Of a stretch of 64,000 nt of DNA, positions 61,683 through 64,000 are shown in pieces. Position 1 is the stretch's first letter. The number at the start of each line of letters is the position of its first letter. The DNA lies in assembly GCA_963766735.1 (NCBI GenBank), contig CAVYBU010000002.1, positions 224,001-288,000 of the forward strand, in the 5' to 3' direction. The DNA is from an uncultured Chloroflexia bacterium (GTDB taxonomy: Bacteria; Chloroflexota; Limnocylindria; Limnocylindrales; CSP1-4). The notes below the pieces were generated by a model. That model made no database searches and was not told where the DNA came from. It worked only from the letters and a program-made list of their open reading frames with translations. A program made the position numbers and the translations under genes.

Positions 61683-62689
61683 TGCGCCGGATCCTGTTGC
61701 TCGCGGCGGCCCCGGCTCTCGCGGCCGGCGCCCGGGGCCCCGTGCTGGACCGCCTCGCCCGCCGCATGACGCAGGCCCCGCGGCGCCTGCCCGGGGAGGC
61801 CGGGCTGGCGCCCGCTCTCGACCGGCTGGGCGGCGAGGTGGTCCGCCTTCGGTCCCGGGACGGCCTCCGGCTGGTGGCCCGGTGGTTGCCGGCGGACCCG
61901 CCTGCCCGCCCGGGCCCCGCGGACGCGGATGTGGCAGGAGGCTGGGTGCCGGACCCACGCGAGGCGATCCTGCTGCTCCACGGATACAACGGCTCAGTGG
62001 CGCCTGATCTCGTCGAGGTTGGGCCTTTCCTGCGCCGGACGGCCGGCGTGCTCGGCCTGGACTTTCGCGGCCACGGTGCCTCGGATGACGGGCCCACGAC
62101 ATTCGGGCTGCTCGAGGTGGAGGACGTGGCCGGGGCGCTCGCGTTCCTCGGCGAGAGGGGCGTGAGACGCGTGGCGCTGGTCGGCTCGTCCATGGGCGGG
62201 ATCACCGCGATCGCGGCCGTGGCGGTGCTGGGGGACGGACGGCTGGCGGCGGCCGATGCCGACCCCGCGGCACCGGCCGCGTCGGTCGAGGCACCAACGC
62301 CGCGGATCGTGGCGGTGGTCGCCGACTCTGTGACCCCGGAGCTGGCAGTGGTGGTCGGCAGCCGGCTGGGCCTGCCCTTCGGGCGGCGCATCGCAGAGCG
62401 GGCGTTCGGACGGTTCGAGCGTATCGTCGGCGGGGATCCACGGGCCACCCAGCCGATCGCGACGGTCGGCCTGCTCGAGGATGTGCCGCTGCTGCTGGTG
62501 CACGGCGAGGAGGACCGGACGCTTCCCATTCGTGACGGTCGCCGCCTGGCTGCCGCCGCGCCGCCCGGGACCCGTCATCTTGTGATCGCGGGAGCCGATC
62601 ATGGCGCCGGTCATGCGACGGATCCGGCGGCGTACGAGGCTGCAGTCGAGAACCTGCTCCGCGAGGCTTTCACCGGCGCGCGACGGTAA
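61679..62689 (+). CDS. Alpha/beta fold hydrolase
   Basis: LLHG, DFRGHGAS, GSSMG nucleophile, HGEED, GADH. Confidence 0.88.
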   Translation: MMRRILLLAAAPALAAGARGPVLDRLARRMTQAPRRLPGEAGLAPALDRLGGEVVRLRSRDGLRLVARWLPADPPARPGPADADVAGGWVPDPREAILLLHGYNGSVAPDLVEVGPFLRRTAGVLGLDFRGHGASDDGPTTFGLLEVEDVAGALAFLGERGVRRVALVGSSMGGITAIAAVAVLGDGRLAAADADPAAPAASVEAPTPRIVAVVADSVTPELAVVVGSRLGLPFGRRIAERAFGRFERIVGGDPRATQPIATVGLLEDVPLLLVHGEEDRTLPIRDGRRLAAAAPPGTRHLVIAGADHGAGHATDPAAYEAAVENLLREAFTGARR

Positions 62690-62785
62690 CGGCGAGGACG
62701 ACGCGCGCCTCGCCCTATACTTCACCCCGGCACCGTCGGGAATCGAGCACGCGCTCGTCAAATCGGTGCCCTGCCAGGAGGTCGC

Positions 62786-63958
62786 ATGGCCGGGAAGGTA
62801 CTCGTCGTCGACGACGACGCGAGCGTCCAGCGACTGCTCCAGCACACCCTTCACCAGGAGGGCTTCGAGGTCGTCATCGCCGGCGATGGAGCCGAGGGAT
62901 TCCGTCTCTGGCAGCAGGAGAAGCCGTCGCTGGTCCTGCTGGACGTGACGCTCCAGGAGCTCGACGGCTACGAGGTGGCCAGCCAGATCCGCGCCGTCGA
63001 AGGCTCCGGCACGCACGTCCCGATCATCATGCTCACCGCCGAGCGGGACGTGCAGCAGAAGGTCCGCGCCCTCAGGTCCGGTGCGGACGACTACCTGATC
63101 AAGCCATTCCATCCCGCGGAGCTGCTCGCGCGGATGAAGAGCCTGATCGCGCGGTTCGCCCCCGGTGAGACGATCGTCGGCCGGCCGCCGATGGGCCGGA
63201 TACACGCCTACTACGGCGCGAAGGGCGGCGTCGGAACCACGACCATTGCGATCAACGCCGCCATCGCCCTCCAGGGCATGGGTCGGCGCGTCTGCCTCGT
63301 GGACGGCAACCTCCAGTTCGGTGATCACCGGGTGTTCCTGGACCTGGGCCTTGACCGGCGGGGCATCGTCGACGTCGTCAGCTCTCCGACCATGGACGCC
63401 GACCTCATCAAGAGCATCGTCCAGACGCATGACTCGGGCGTGGACCTCCTCCTCGCGCCGCCGTCGCCGGAAGCTGCGGACCTCATCACGGCCGCCCACA
63501 TGAATGAGATCCTGGAGCTGCTTCGCGGTCAGTACGACTACGTCATCGTGGATATCGACAAGCGCCTCGACGACGTCAACCTCATGGTGCTCGACGTCGC
63601 GGACATCATCTTCGCGGTCATGACGGCGGACCTCTCCTGCCTCAAGAACGTCCGGCTGGTGCTCGAGACGATCGGCCACCTGGGCTACGAGGCCGGCAAG
63701 CTCAAGCTGGTCCTCAACCGTTCCAACGCGTTCACGGGAATCAACGTGAAGAGCGCCGAGGGGGCGCTCCGCCGGCCGATCGAGTTCCAGATCGTCAACG
63801 AGTACCGGGGCGCGATCTCGGCCCTCAACACCGGCGAGCCGTTCATGGTAGGCAAGGCGGACTCGGTCCTCGGACGTTCCGTCCTGGACTTCGCGAAGGC
63901 GGTCGACAAGTCGGGCGGACGGGCGCAGGCACAGCTGGCACCGACCACGGGGCGGTAG
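62786..63958 (+). CDS. Response regulator receiver + CpaE/TadZ-like ATPase
   Basis: Canonical REC (DDD, D, LTA, KP), KGGVGTTT, NLQFGD, LVLNR, ALNTGEPF. Confidence 0.9.
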   Translation: MAGKVLVVDDDASVQRLLQHTLHQEGFEVVIAGDGAEGFRLWQQEKPSLVLLDVTLQELDGYEVASQIRAVEGSGTHVPIIMLTAERDVQQKVRALRSGADDYLIKPFHPAELLARMKSLIARFAPGETIVGRPPMGRIHAYYGAKGGVGTTTIAINAAIALQGMGRRVCLVDGNLQFGDHRVFLDLGLDRRGIVDVVSSPTMDADLIKSIVQTHDSGVDLLLAPPSPEAADLITAAHMNEILELLRGQYDYVIVDIDKRLDDVNLMVLDVADIIFAVMTADLSCLKNVRLVLETIGHLGYEAGKLKLVLNRSNAFTGINVKSAEGALRRPIEFQIVNEYRGAISALNTGEPFMVGKADSVLGRSVLDFAKAVDKSGGRAQAQLAPTTGR

Positions 63959-64000
63959 CCGCTCGCCGGACACGTCCTTCTGCCGGGCGCGTCCCGGAGA

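Overview
Very GC-rich, gene-dense core-chromosome segment of a bacterium. A Chloroflexota (Limnocylindria-like) origin is my inference, not a database result. About 50 protein genes are recognisable: clpX (5'-partial), T-box-regulated valS, an fhaA-fhaB-rodA-pbpA operon lacking kinase and phosphatase, MoxR/DUF58/transglutaminase, serA with a histidine phosphatase, murJ, rarA, a UvrD-PD-(D/E)XK helicase-nuclease followed by an orphan DNA methyltransferase, agmatinase, murI, ychF, mrfA/mrfB (yprA/yprB)-like repair genes, an ftsB-like gene, tRNA-Met(CAT), ftsH, a DnaB-C-terminal-only ATPase, ppa, thpR, trpB2, tyrA, nfeD-stomatin and two receiver-CpaE/TadZ-like ATPases. I found no integrase, transposase, prophage or CRISPR array. 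Four single-base frameshifts probably reflect consensus errors, while two gene remnants look like real decay. The best unexplained signals are two ~220-235 nt intergenic elements with long-range self-complementarity (one sequestering the RBS of a small basic AT-hook-like protein), a Zn-ribbon microprotein with tandem ERRxxDRRxGPRR motifs, a small HTH protein ending in a clamp-binding-like motif, a pair of CpaE-like proteins with complementary motif losses, and frequent leaderless promoters. All structure and homology calls were made by eye.
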